Shown here one piece after another: positions 12,801 to 24,588 of a stretch of DNA of 64,000 bases. Within the stretch, counting starts at the first letter, position 1, and each line of letters begins with the position of its first letter. The stretch is from Kudoa neothunni (Eukaryota > Animalia > Cnidaria), in assembly GCA_964304625.1 (NCBI GenBank), contig OZ199838.1:13413945-13477944 (forward strand), given 5' to 3'. A model generated the notes under the pieces. The model saw only the letters and a program-made list of their open reading frames with translations, did not search any database and had not been told where the DNA came from. The position numbers and the translations under genes were made by a program.

Positions 12801-13193
12801 GCCGGTGTATTTATATATGTGCAAAAGTATGTGACTATAATTATATACAAGCGACCTAACTTGGTGAGTAGTCAACTGAATATGATTTATGACGAAACAT
12901 AGATTCATTGCGATAAATGCTCTAATATAGTTGTTTTTTGCCATTACTCGATTATAAATATCTGCGTAAATCTGCAAATTTCAAAAATTTTTCAAATATA
13001 TTTTGATGTTCCATCGTTAATAAAAGTTTTTTCGGGGGTTAATATAATTTTGCATTATATATTGGAAGTAGAATGTTAATGGGATATATCGCACACATTT
13101 TTAATTGTTCTAGTCAAAAAAATGAATAAACTCTAATATTTTTAATAAAATCTATGAAAGGGGTCGACGAAAAAAAAAGTTAGGAGACCGCTG
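9837..13193. mobile_element. hAT (Charlie-type) MITE inserted into piggyBac A
   Basis: TIRs CAAGGGTCTCC / GGAGACCGCTG and an 8-bp TSD ATTTAGAC (9829-9836) / ATTTAGGC (13194-13201). Confidence 0.75.
9919..12312 (-). mobile_element. piggyBac element B (PGBD3-like transposase pseudogene, about 11908-10170)
   Basis: TTAA at 9915-9918 and 12313-12316, ends CCCTTTCA / CGAAAGGA, and subterminal repeats TGCCGGATGTCCGGTATAC. ORF pieces contain SVDEQMIPFKG, PNKPTKWGFKVF, YFDNWF and NSWLLYRR. Confidence 0.85.
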
Positions 13194-14575
13194 ATTTAGG
13201 CGATGTTGAATTAAGAGGATTTTTCGGACAAATAATTTTGATTGCCGTCTACAAAGATAGAGAGCAACATCTTTTAGAAACGTTTAGTTTTAAAGAAGGA
13301 AGAGGGATGTATCGCGAAATCTTTTCATTTCATCGTTTTCGCCAAATTCCAGGATGTATTCACTTCGATGATCCAAAGACCAAATCTGAAAGAAGAGAAT
13401 TGGATAAATTTTGTTCAATTCGTAACAAATAGAATATGTGGATCTAGACTCTACCTATATGCTTCTTCCCTGGTGAAGATGTCACCGTTGACGAACAGTT
13501 AGTCTCGTTGGGGGGAAGGTGCTCATTTAGGCAATATATGCCGGTGAAGCCAGCGAAATATGGCCTAAAGTTTCCCTAGTTGTCAACCCAGTTCACTTAT
13601 ATGTTGTAAACGTTTCTCCCTATCTAGGAAATAACAGAGCTCAACCTGGTCAAAGCTATGGTGTTGGTGAAAATATTGTGCTTTTCCGTATAGCTCCCTC
13701 GTATAATTCAGGACGAACTATAGTTACAGATAATTTCTTCTCTTCCCTTAGATTAGCCGAGAAGCTGTTAGACAAACGTCTGACATCCGTTGGAACAATT
13801 CGACACAATAAGAGAGATTTACCACCCTGTGTTCTTCCGTCTAGAAATTGATCCTTATTCAGCACTGTGTTTACATTTTTTGATAAATATATGATCACTT
13901 CATACATTAACAAAAAAGAATAGCAGTGAGTGATTCTCCTATCCTCTTGAACAACCAACATTAACATAACCAACGATACACATAAACTAAAGCCTGAAAC
14001 AATAGTGAATTATAATGGTTCCAAAGGAGGAGTAGATACCGTGGATCAGATGTTAGCTTCCGTTTCGATCCGCAGGTTTAATCGACGATGGCCTATGGTG
14101 GTCTTTTACAATATGTTGGATTTGACATTGATAAGTTCATTTTGCCTGTATTAACACATATTTAACGGTTTCACAAAACTGAGACTTGATTTTCTGAAAG
14201 AAATGGCTGGAGGGTTGTATAAACCTCTCCTGGAAAGAAATTCCCAAATGAAAAAATGTTTAAAAAGATCTCATCCAACTTCTATGGAAACATACAACTT
14301 TATAATTTCAAATATTTCTAAACGAAGATGTGAACATTGTGATCGTGAAAACGATAAGAAAACCTCATACAAATGCTCAAAATGTGGAAGTTTCTATTGT
14401 CCCGCCCATTCGTCAAATAAATGTCTAAATTGCCAGCTATTAAAAACCAAATTTATCAGGGACCCTTGAAAATATTTTACTAAATATTTGTAATCAAAAT
14501 ATTATTTTTCATTATTTCAAATAAGACTAAACGTATTATACGCTATAAAAACGATTTACCGCGTTATCTATTTAA

Positions 14576-16854
14576 CCCATATAGACTATATGTTGCGTTA
14601 ACGCAACAAAACTCTGTTGTTATTTTTCTCATACGTTTATGGATATGATGACACAAAATTAATTTAATTCCTAGAAGTATACATAAATTTTTATTTTATA
14701 GAAAAAAAATAATTTATGTAATTTAAAAAGTGACAATAATTAAATGCGCAAAAGGTCATTTTTAAAGTGTTTTCATATTCTTCCATTTATTGCATAGCGT
14801 TAAGATCAATGACGCCAATAATTTAGTAATAATTAGATCATGACATGATAATTTCCCTAAAAATGAAAGATGCGATCTAAAAAATTTCCTTTAAAGTTTA
14901 TTATAAGGATCAATTTTTGTTGTGCAAACACATCATACAATGTACGGCGGCAATTTTGTCATAAAATGGATCACACGCAGTATAATCTATACCTTGACGC
15001 AATAAATGAAATAGGAGGAAATGCGGATGAAAATCTTATCAATCTAGTTATTATTCCTCCAGAAATGGTTGATGTTGTAACTGATAACGAAAGTACAAAT
15101 GACGAAGGCACGAATACTTTCATCGATAATCAACTCAACAAAGAAATATCATGTCAAGTGGAAGTAATTGATAAAGATTTTGATGATATTGAAAACGAAT
15201 TGTTCTGTTGAGAGCTAAATGATTACTCAAACAGATCTGTATCCAATAGGGATCCAGATACTTCTCTGGAAGGTATAAACGAAAGGGGTTTTATACATAA
15301 TCTTAATTATTTTATTAGATGGTTGTGACTTTTACTTGGATAAATTTGAACCCACGATTGTTGCAATGGATGAACGCGAGATTTTTGAGTTATTCTTCAA
15401 TTTCAATATTTTAAATTTGATTATTAAAGAAAGTGTCACGTACGCTGGTCAAAATAACGAGATTGATTTTGATATTGGGTGGTTATAAGTTATATCCGTC
15501 TTGCAAGACAACAAATGTATTGGGAAGAAGGTATGGATTGCGGTGTTGAAGCAGTAAAGAAATATATTCACTTATGCAACAATAATTTACTTTCTGATGA
15601 TGCATATAAAAATGATCGTGTTTTTAAGGTTAGAAATTATATGAACATCTTGAACAAAAACTTTCAACGATTCGGTTACTTTTCGAGATGTCTTTCCATC
15701 GAACAACAAATGATACCTTATTTTGGACATCATTCCGCAAAAATGTATATAAAAGGTAAACCAATCAAATTTGGTTTTAAATGTTGATGTCTTTGTTCGT
15801 ACGATGGCTATGTCTTCTCCACAGACATTTATTGTGGAAAAGGAACAAACATAGATAAGAAATTAGGGTTAGGTGGCAGTGTCGTAAAAAACTTTGTGAA
15901 ATTGGTCGAATATCCTAGACTCCACGAGTTTTATTTCGACAATTTCTTCACTTCAGTGGGACTTTTAAACTACTTGTCTTCTTTAAACGTAAAAGCCACC
16001 GGAACGGTTTGACAAAATAGGACCCTGAAGTGTCCATTTACATGCGATACCGTTTTCAAAAAAGAAAATCGTGGTTTTTTTGAATCATACAATGCCAACA
16101 AAGTGATTCTGGTTAAATGGAATGATACCAGGCCAGTTATTATAGGGACAAATTTTGATCAAATTGAACCAATAAAGAATGCCAGAAGGTATTCTAAGGG
16201 TAATAAAAGAGATGTGTATATTCCAATGCCAAACGTTATTGCCACCTACAGAATTTCAATAGCTGGAAAAACGTAATATTGGAATATATTTTGCTATTAT
16301 ATCGACATGCCAGTTTCCAATTCACAAAAAATATTTAAATTGCTCCATCCTAATACTGGGGATTCCCTTATGTTTCGAAGAACGCCTGTGTCAAAACTTT
16401 TGACTATCAAATTCGATACAACAAGAAAACGCATGTCCTCGTTATCTTTCCAATGTATGCGCAATTTATGTGGCGATAAAACTATTGAGCGACGTGCGGA
16501 TGAAAAAAGAGCAAGATGCAAAATTTCCACGTCCAATATTACTGTGTTAGTTTGCCGCGTCACCCTACTTGTTTTAACAAACCTCATTAACTAATACCTT
16601 ATACTCAATTATTTGACTATTTTCATGCGTGTTGTTTTCAAAAAAAATATGTATACGATTATAAATATATTTCATCCGTTAATCCCTATGGTGGCTGTAG
16701 ATTATATGTTGCGTTAATGCAACATGTTAAAAAGTATGTTAAAATAAAAATATTATTTTTGTTTAAAAATCTATAATGCACTAATGTATTTTGAGAATAC
16801 TTGTAAAGTTATAGCTCTGTCACTTAAGGACAAAGGGTACCGAGTCTATACGGG
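14576..16854 (+). mobile_element. piggyBac element C (PGBD3-like transposase pseudogene, about 14967-16594)
   Basis: TTAA followed by CCCATATAGACT, ending AGTCTATACGGG followed by CTAA. Subterminal repeat TATATGTTGCGTTAA(C/T)GCAACA at both ends. ORF pieces: SIEQQMIPYFGHHSAKMYIKGKPIKFGFK, FYFDNFFTS, VKWND. Confidence 0.85.
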
Positions 16855-17087
16855 CTAATCATGCCTAAGAGGATTGCTGAGGGTTAATTATGAAGTAATT
16901 GATTGTTTTCTCAATGTTCCTTGAGCAAAATTTCCAATAGTTTCCTCATAACTTTATAATAATTTCCTGCATATATTAAATCAAAAAATTTTGGGGTATT
17001 TTTTACCCCAAGCCCGTTGGAGGATTAATGTGTCCTAGCGGACGTTAAGGACACGCGGAAATAATGCCAGCCCTAAGTGTTTCAATT

Positions 17088-17513
17088 CAGCGTCGGGGAC
17101 AGATAGCACATCGGCGTGACACTCGGACTCAAAACCATGAGGTAATGGGTTCGAATCCACCAGTGGCCAGACTACTGCTTCCGTGTCGGTGGGTCTCTAT
17201 CCCATATTTGGGAGCTGTGAAGTGGGGTGAGCGTGAATAGGAGTTTGAATCTCCGGAACCCATCGAAGGCAAGTAATTTGCAGCCCTCACAGAGCCAACG
17301 TCCTTAAAGGGACAGGGTTTGGGGTGGTGGTCGCCCTGGGACGAGGATGTTTAGTGGGTTAAAGTCCCACACTACCGCATAAAGATAAGGGGTGGGGTTT
17401 TAGGTTGCGTCCTGCGGTGCCTAAAGTGTTAATGGAAGAAGTTTGACCAACCAGAATTCCACAACCTAATAAGTTGCGCCAAGGGTTTTTCCTTGATAAA
17501 AAAGAGAAAAGAA
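17088..17513 (+). mobile_element. tRNA-derived SINE, copy 1
   Basis: A box TAGCACATCGG (17104-17114), B box GGTTCGAATCC (17148-17158), A-rich tail, and a 13-bp TSD AAGTGTTTCAATT (17075-17087 / 17514-17526). Homologous to 34432-34899. Confidence 0.9.
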
Positions 17514-17779
17514 AAGTGTTTCAATTACTTAGATAAAAGTTGAAGAGAATGCAATTTTTAAAATTTTACAGTAGTTTCTTGCTGTAAAGAATATTGGGTT
17601 AATTGATACCACAAATGCTGTCGATCTTCATCTCTTGGAAAACTTCTCACTCATTCAATCGAAAGACTGCATTTACAAATCTCACAATACATTTAAACAT
17701 GCTATCAAACTTTCGCGTATAGAAACTCTGAAGAAATCGTAATTGGTACTGATTATTTAAAATTTCATAATGTCCAATT

Positions 17780-18440
17780 TTGAACAGACAGATGAGTATT
17801 GAACAGGCTACTAAACCTAAAGTTAAACGTAGCACCAATTACAAGAACCAGTTAAAGGAGACGACTGCAGATTTTACGGCCAATGGTTACCATTCTTCGC
17901 GAACTGCAGATCGACTTAAATTAAAAGAAATATTTTATCTGGGAATGAGATATGGATCACTTCATCAAAATATTAATGTTTATGACGTATGGAGTGGAAG
18001 GATGGCGATGCCAAGGTATATTGAAATGATTTATTTGGCATATTCTCCGCCGATCTATGTAAACGAATTTTTGTTAAAATTTTTAGAGGGTATATAGCGC
18101 GAATTCGTTTCTAGATTAACAACGGCATGTGTGATTACACCTGTCTTTATCCTAATAATAATAAGTTTGAATGTCTAAAATGGATTACATATAATGATGA
18201 AGTTAAAAACGCAGTTATAGACGTAATTTCCACAATTTTAGATTTTTTCAAAATTAAACATTTAAATGTCCAAGTTAATAATGACTTCTCTTACTCCGTT
18301 CTAAGTCATCCTAATCTCCGTCAAAAATGAAGACTTATGAACATTATCGATACTTTTTTACTATGGTCGGACATCACACGTATGGGAGAGAAATACGAAA
18401 TTTTTTAGACGAATCTTTGTCAAAAATATATAATCCTCTA
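17780..18440 (+). pseudogene. Highly degenerate piggyBac-like transposase fragment with an unrelated internal segment
   Basis: ADRLKLKEIFYLGMRYGSLHQNINVYDVWSGRMAMPRY weakly resembles the piggyBac N-terminal TD..E...G...N...WS...P region. No TIRs found. Confidence 0.3.
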
Positions 18441-19379
18441 ATTTAATAGGCTAATTCTAGTCAATCTAACCTCGAGCATCTTGCAAAGTCAATTTATTCT
18501 ATCCCAATGAGTTTCACAGAATGTAAAGACATGTCTCAAGGGCTGAATTGACGTTTCAAAAGATCCGCAATCGCTTAAAGTCAGGCCATTTTGAGAAGTT
18601 AGTTTTTCTCAGAGATTATAACTCCTCTAAATCGTTATAGTAGTCGTTTATTTTAATTAAATGTACGAAGGTTTTTTAAAAACACTACGCACACTCAGCT
18701 GTTTCTATATGGCAGGAGATGGTGTCTCTTTCCATAACAATGGCGCATGCATGATTCTTATAGGATTAGTTTTATTTCCATTAGTTTTGCATGTTAAAGG
18801 CGAATAACTCACAACAATTTTTCAAACAAAATGATTATATTTTTTCCAACATACCACAGATATCAAATGGTTTTTTATCAAATTCAAAATAATCATTCAT
18901 TGCTTTGAGTATACCCATAATTTTAACCTCCTTCATAATAAAATTAAGTTTGAGTTAATTGTTAATAGCGGAATTTCCGTACTACAGTAGGCAATAGATT
19001 TTTTGTACTACGGGTTTTCGTACTTTTAATTTCTTGTTTCTCGTTAACTCTGAAAGTAACTATAAAAGTAAAGATTCAATCTTAGAATATCATATTAAAA
19101 TTTAATTTGCAAAAGTTTACAAATAAAGAAAATATGATGAAAATACGAAAAATCCATCGTTGCGGATTTTACGTACTTTTTTTGAATTTTTTCGAGGGAA
19201 CTTGCGGGGTTTTCGTAGTTTTCAGATGGCAGATAAAAGTAAAAAAGCATAACAATTATGGAAGAATATGAAATAGTCGAATTTTTTGAACACTTGCCTA
19301 ATAAAGTAGAGGAGGTTGCTACCGTTCGACATTTTAATCTTTCAATTTAGATTCTTCTGCGAGTTTTGATTGATTAATA

Positions 19380-21480
19380 CAACTAATAGGCTCTATTTGA
19401 GGATCAGTATCATCTTCTGTGCTAAGTTTAGGTTTTTTAATGGTTATTTCTGTCAAATCTATCGATGAATTCTAAATTTAATATATGAAAATTAAATTAA
19501 TAATTTTATACGTATTCTTGAAATTCAGATACCCCTCCAACTGTATCAAAATTCAATATTGTATTTTTCAAAAAAAATCACACGTATTTAGGAATTAATC
19601 GACTGCAATGACATCATGATTTCTTAAAATGTTGTAAAAAAGACTTATACATCTTATAGACCTTTCATAAAAATCTCCACAAAATTCAGACGCGGTGTTA
19701 GCCAACTTGGTTGTAAAGGTTGTTGCGTATCTCAACTTCTGTCCAAAACTTTTTATTTTGGGTTGGCTCTTCTTATCAACAATGGTCGGAGTAATCTCGT
19801 TGTTCCTTTCGATTATAGTTCCAGTTCCTAAGAATTTCATTCCATACGTTTTCGTCCACCTCTCATTGCACAATATTTCAGAGAAAAGAGGTAAATTATT
19901 CAATAATCTTGAAGATAGAATATGACTGCAAGGCAGTGAGAAAGATCGGTAAAATGCACATGAGCACGTAGATGCATTAGTAGTTTCAGCTGAGTTTAAC
20001 AACAAATCTTCGGTGCTTAATAGTTCAAGCTGCTTTTGAAGTAAATTGAATGCATACTTGGTCAAGAGTTTTTCATACTGTGACATATATTCGTCATTAA
20101 AAGTTTTGTTTGAGCCATAGCAAAACTGGCTTATTGCCTCTCCTTCCCTTTCCGTGTGAAAGTTCACCAAGACTTCGAAAAATTTATCAACAAAGTCAGT
20201 CAAGGAACTGAATTTATGGAAAACACTTTTTATTGTTAAATTAATCGATTAAATACGGTTGTTAGTTTCGTTTCCATAAAAGTTGGTTGCAATGCTGAAC
20301 CCAATTATCTAATCTTTGCAAATCCCATCCCAATTTACTTTGAAATATTCGCTCAGCCTAGGATTATTAAACTCTTGGATTTCGTTGACATACATCTTAT
20401 ATCGTAAAGATTATGATGAGTATATCATTTTTTGAAAACATCTTAGAATATCTTGACATTTTTTAGTGGACACGGCCAACTTAGTTGTGGTGATTTGTCG
20501 TCGAAAAATTTGTAGGACGTGAAATTTACAGAGAATGCAAGAAGACAATGGGAAACTTTTTTTAGAGACTTTCTCAACTTTTTGTCTTTGTCAGCAACAA
20601 GTGTACATACTTTATCACGCAAAGTATGAACCATTTCTATTATGTTATTGCAAAACCATTGAACGGAATTTTCGGTCTCTTCAAATAATACGCATACGCT
20701 TGTTATATGAGTCAACCCGAAAGAATCCTCTCCTGCGGATAAATACAGAGGAGCTCTAAAGTTAGTAAAATAAAGTTTTTGCAGTCATTTAAAAAAAAAT
20801 TAATACCTCAAATCAAGCAGTTTAAGTTTATATATGGCATTAACAAACATCACTTCAGAATACAATTCCAAAAATGACTTCATTTTATTATCAGCAAAAA
20901 ATATTCCACTGACGACGTTACGCTCATCACGTAAAATTCTAACGTGACATTTATTATCTACACTTAAAGTTTTTTCAATTATTTCTAAATTATCAGGAAA
21001 CGAATTCTTATTTTTGTAATGTTGTGAATCAATTTTTTATTCACCCTGAGGTTAATCAATTCAATAAGATGTTGATCGTTGAGATTAATTTTCCTTTTCT
21101 TAGGAAGGTTTCTATATATCATTTGATCTAATTAATGATTGTGCCCCAACATGCAGGATCGTATTTCAAGGAAAGCTCCGTCAATTGAAGTTCTTAAAGT
21201 TATTTTGACAGGGCAATCTCCTTTTAACAATGATTTATTTCGAGCGCCATATGACCTTGTTTTTCTTCTTTTCACTGAAAATACAACAGTACGTGACCTC
21301 GTAATAGCGGAGTGATTCATTGATCTGTTTTGTAATTCTACTACGAATATTTGAGATAGTTCTTGCTTGATACTTGTATAGATTACAAAACGACAACTTT
21401 TCATATTTTAAGATGGCAATGTGAAGATCTTCAAAAGAAGCATAACGCGTACCGACCGTGAGCATACTTGAAACCGCATT
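19380..21480 (-). pseudogene. MULE/Mutator transposase pseudogene of the ZSWIM3-like type
   Basis: N-terminal VGTRYASFEDL...LRYYEVTYCC...CPVKI...HNH, MULE core LFEETENSVQWF...VADKD, TNNR motif and SWIM finger CSCAFYRSFSLPCSH. Multiple frameshifts and stops. Confidence 0.8.
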
Positions 21481-22258
21481 GTATCGCTGGATGCTCAAAA
21501 TGATGCGCCAACAATATTGAGACTTAAAAATTTTACTTTAATTAAAATCTTTCATTTATTCTATGTATTTGAACTGATCTAGGTTTTTAAAAATCAAATA
21601 TATACCAATAATGAAATAATGATGATGTGTAACCAACATTGATCAAAAAAATAAACACTAACAATTTTCCAAAAAATTATTAAAACTTAAGGTCGACAAT
21701 ATTAAAATGATTTTCAAATTTTGGGGGAAAATATGGAATAGTTTTTGAGACATTCGTTGCCTGACCTATAGCCACTTGATTTAAACAACAAATTTTCGTT
21801 TACGACACGCTCACAGCCTACGTATCAACGAACGTTGTAGAACTTGTTAACTTAATTTAAAATGTAAAAAAGAGTTAAGTTACAATTACAATCGTATTTA
21901 AATAATATAAATTAAAGGTATCTACGCATACCACTGAACCCATTAGCAAATCACGTGCAGTGGTAATCACATTATCATCAGCGCTAATCTGCCTACAAAA
22001 AGTTTATACTTCCGATTCACCATTTTATAAGCAAACAGACAACCCCGTTATATTTTTTAATTAATTTTGTATTTTTGAAGTACAAAAATAATCTCAAATA
22101 CTAAAGAAAGTCTCTGTGTAAGGAGAAGATTTGTGCGTACACACACACGGACACTACTCTTTGTGTATATAGATAATAACAACATTAACATTACGAATAT
22201 TCATAAGGTTTTATAGATAACCATTATTATTTTAGTAACATGATTTTTAATGATTTTT

Positions 22259-24270
22259 TTAAAGATCTTCCAAACGATTTCTGCTTGACTGAGTTGATGG
22301 ACGTGTTGTTACCATGCGACAGATTAGGAAAAATAACAACGTTGAACACGTAAATGCAAAGACTCCCATAAATATAGTGATCAGTTGGGTAGATGTTTTC
22401 TTCATCACTTTCATGTTGGATTCAGGATAAAAAGGAATCTTGTATTTTAGTTGCGTGGTTCTATATTGCTCCGAAAAACTTGTCTCTGTCAACCAAACCA
22501 ATTAGTGATGCTATATTGCAATACGATTTAAAATAAAGAAACCTGAAATAAATGATGTCGATATGGTCTAAATGATAAATAAAAATTTGTACAAGATGGA
22601 TAATATTGATTCAAGTACCGTTTCGGTTGTCCTTTCAATTGTCAAAGTAGTTTCAATCTTACTAGTATATTCAGTGGAAGTACTAGTCTCTTCAATAATA
22701 CTAGTGGTGGTAGATTTTGTGGACGTGCTCGTCTTTTCAATAGTGGTAGATTCTAAGGATATACTGGTAGCAACGGTGCTGATGCTGGGAAGTTCTTGAA
22801 TCAAACCAAACCTTGGATCATAATAAGCTACTCCATATAATTCATTTATTTCCAATCGTATATAACGCAATGTTGATTCCTGATCGCCCGACTGAAGGAT
22901 ACGATAAACAAGTTCAAATATGTATAGATGAAAAAAACATTCATTGTTATAGTCTTCTAACTTTATTTTGTATTAATAAATAGTTATATGATATGAAATT
23001 ACATTTTTATCTTTACACCGCTGCAAAGCTTGGCGCAAGACAGTTCGATCCAATTGAACATCGAAATTATTCAGATTCATTTCATGAAAAATCTAAATAA
23101 ATTCCATATTAGTAAGTCAAAAAAATAGGCACAACTTTAATTAAATGTTCTTTTTTTTAACATATTAATGAGAATTTTGTTTTCTTTGAGGTTAATACAA
23201 TGTTCCCCGTCGGAGCATAAACTAGAATCAGCGAGTTGAATTCGAATGACCTCAGAACACTCATCATAATCGAAATCTGCGTTGATTTTGTATTTATTTT
23301 TCTTTAATTCCGGATACATATCAAAATTGAAGCACATGTTGCTTGATTCAAAATCAATAACTTGTTCCAATTCGCTATTTGTTAAGCATGGATCAATTAA
23401 TGTTATGGTTGAGCCTGGTACTCTTTTAGGATCATCAGTCGTATCTTTCTAAATAAAATTTTTATTTTATCACTAAAATATAGAGAAATTAGAAATAAAT
23501 TTATGAATAATTACAATTGCTAACGATAGGTAGATTAACAATTTAAAGTAATACAATCCATTACATTCATAGGTATCCACATAAAATTTATATTCTTGTG
23601 TACTGACTAAGACAGCTATATATTTCTGTGATGATCTAACGACTGTATCTTGTGGAACTATGAAAGTAATTCTATCTTCACTTAGTTGTATCATACAACC
23701 AAATGTTTCCTAATACAAAATAATAAACAAAAAGCAGAAATACTTACCAGGGCACTTGTAAGCACTGGTTTTTCCACTGTTATATAGTACAAAAACATTT
23801 CGTTTTTTTGATTTATTGGTTGGACTACATTCTCCAGGCCCATTTTGTTTGCTAATCCTTTCAACAGTTTATTCATTTCGTCCATATTCCAATGTGTAGG
23901 CCAATTTCTTAAATATTTAATAGAATATATTGTACATACATGATAATACTTACTTTAAGTTATCCAAAAATTCAAATCTCATAAATCGTAATAAAGGTTT
24001 GCATTTAAATGTGAGTGATGTTCTGAAATTCTTAATATAACCATCCAGGCACTGTTTCAAAGTAAAAGTTATTTCACGGATCGGTAACAATGCTGGGTCA
24101 GGAACTAAACCAAATAAAAAACGCTTGGGTAAAATTATTCTCACTATCGCAGTTAATAGCTCCAAAACTGGATATAATAAATTTTTTGGTCAGATACGAA
24201 TATGTTCCCATATAATAGTATAAATAGAACGCATTTTGCTGGACTATAATAACTATTCCACACTAACATA
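22259..24270 (-). CDS. Multi-exon unknown type I membrane protein with a Thr/Ser-rich stalk
   Basis: A chain of ORF-bearing exons with GT-AG boundaries (for example SAL|gtaagt...tag|ETFGCM), a Cys-containing ectodomain, a Thr-rich segment (about 22620-22780), a hydrophobic TM (LITIFMGVFAFTCSTLLFFLIC) and a short tail ending RNRLEDL*. The 5' exon structure is uncertain. Confidence 0.6.
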
Positions 24271-24588
24271 ATTGAGAATATTTCGTCAGAATATTTAATA
24301 ATTATACTATGTCGTCGTATGGAGTTACTGTTGAACAATTAAAAAAAAGAAACACAATTGAAGTAAGCGTGAGACGCATATATAACCTATAATACCTGTG
24401 ATAAAGATTAAAATAAATTAAAAACAAAGTCCAATCCATTGGAAACCTAATAAAAATAAATGGTTGGGGCTTGTAAGTTATAACGTCAATTAAAAAACAA
24501 ATATTAAATCCATCTATTACTTTGAAATAATAATATTTTAATAATTTACAAACATTTTACAAATTTCTACAAATTGTATTAAATATTA

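Larger units (their letters stand above)
9601..14469 (+). pseudogene. piggyBac transposase A (PGBD4-like), interrupted and containing stops
   Basis: The acidic N-terminus at 9601 resumes at 13194: ELRGFFG..., VTVDEQLV..GRCSFRQYMPVKPAKYGLKF, IVTDNFFSS, KPETIVNYNGSKGGVDTVDQM...RRWP, and a C-terminal Cys-rich domain RCEHC...KCSKCGSFYCPAH. Confidence 0.85.
9040..17024 (+). mobile_element. piggyBac element A (degenerate, carries nested insertions)
   Basis: TTAA at 9036-9039 and 17025-17028. Terminal/subterminal repeats CTC(T/C)AACGG(A/G)CTTTGG at 9040 and 9217 match the reverse complement of 16991-17024. Confidence 0.7.
8964..17075. mobile_element. Possible small hAT (Blackjack-like) MITE forming the outer shell of the nest
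   Basis: Ends CAGGGTGGCA and TGCCAGCCCTA, with GGACA/TGTCC subterminal motifs on both sides of the TTAA used by piggyBac A. No convincing TSD. Confidence 0.3.

Noticed and set aside
17096-17170. Functional tRNA gene
   Set aside because: The acceptor and anticodon stems do not pair well, and it is the head of a TSD-flanked repeat.
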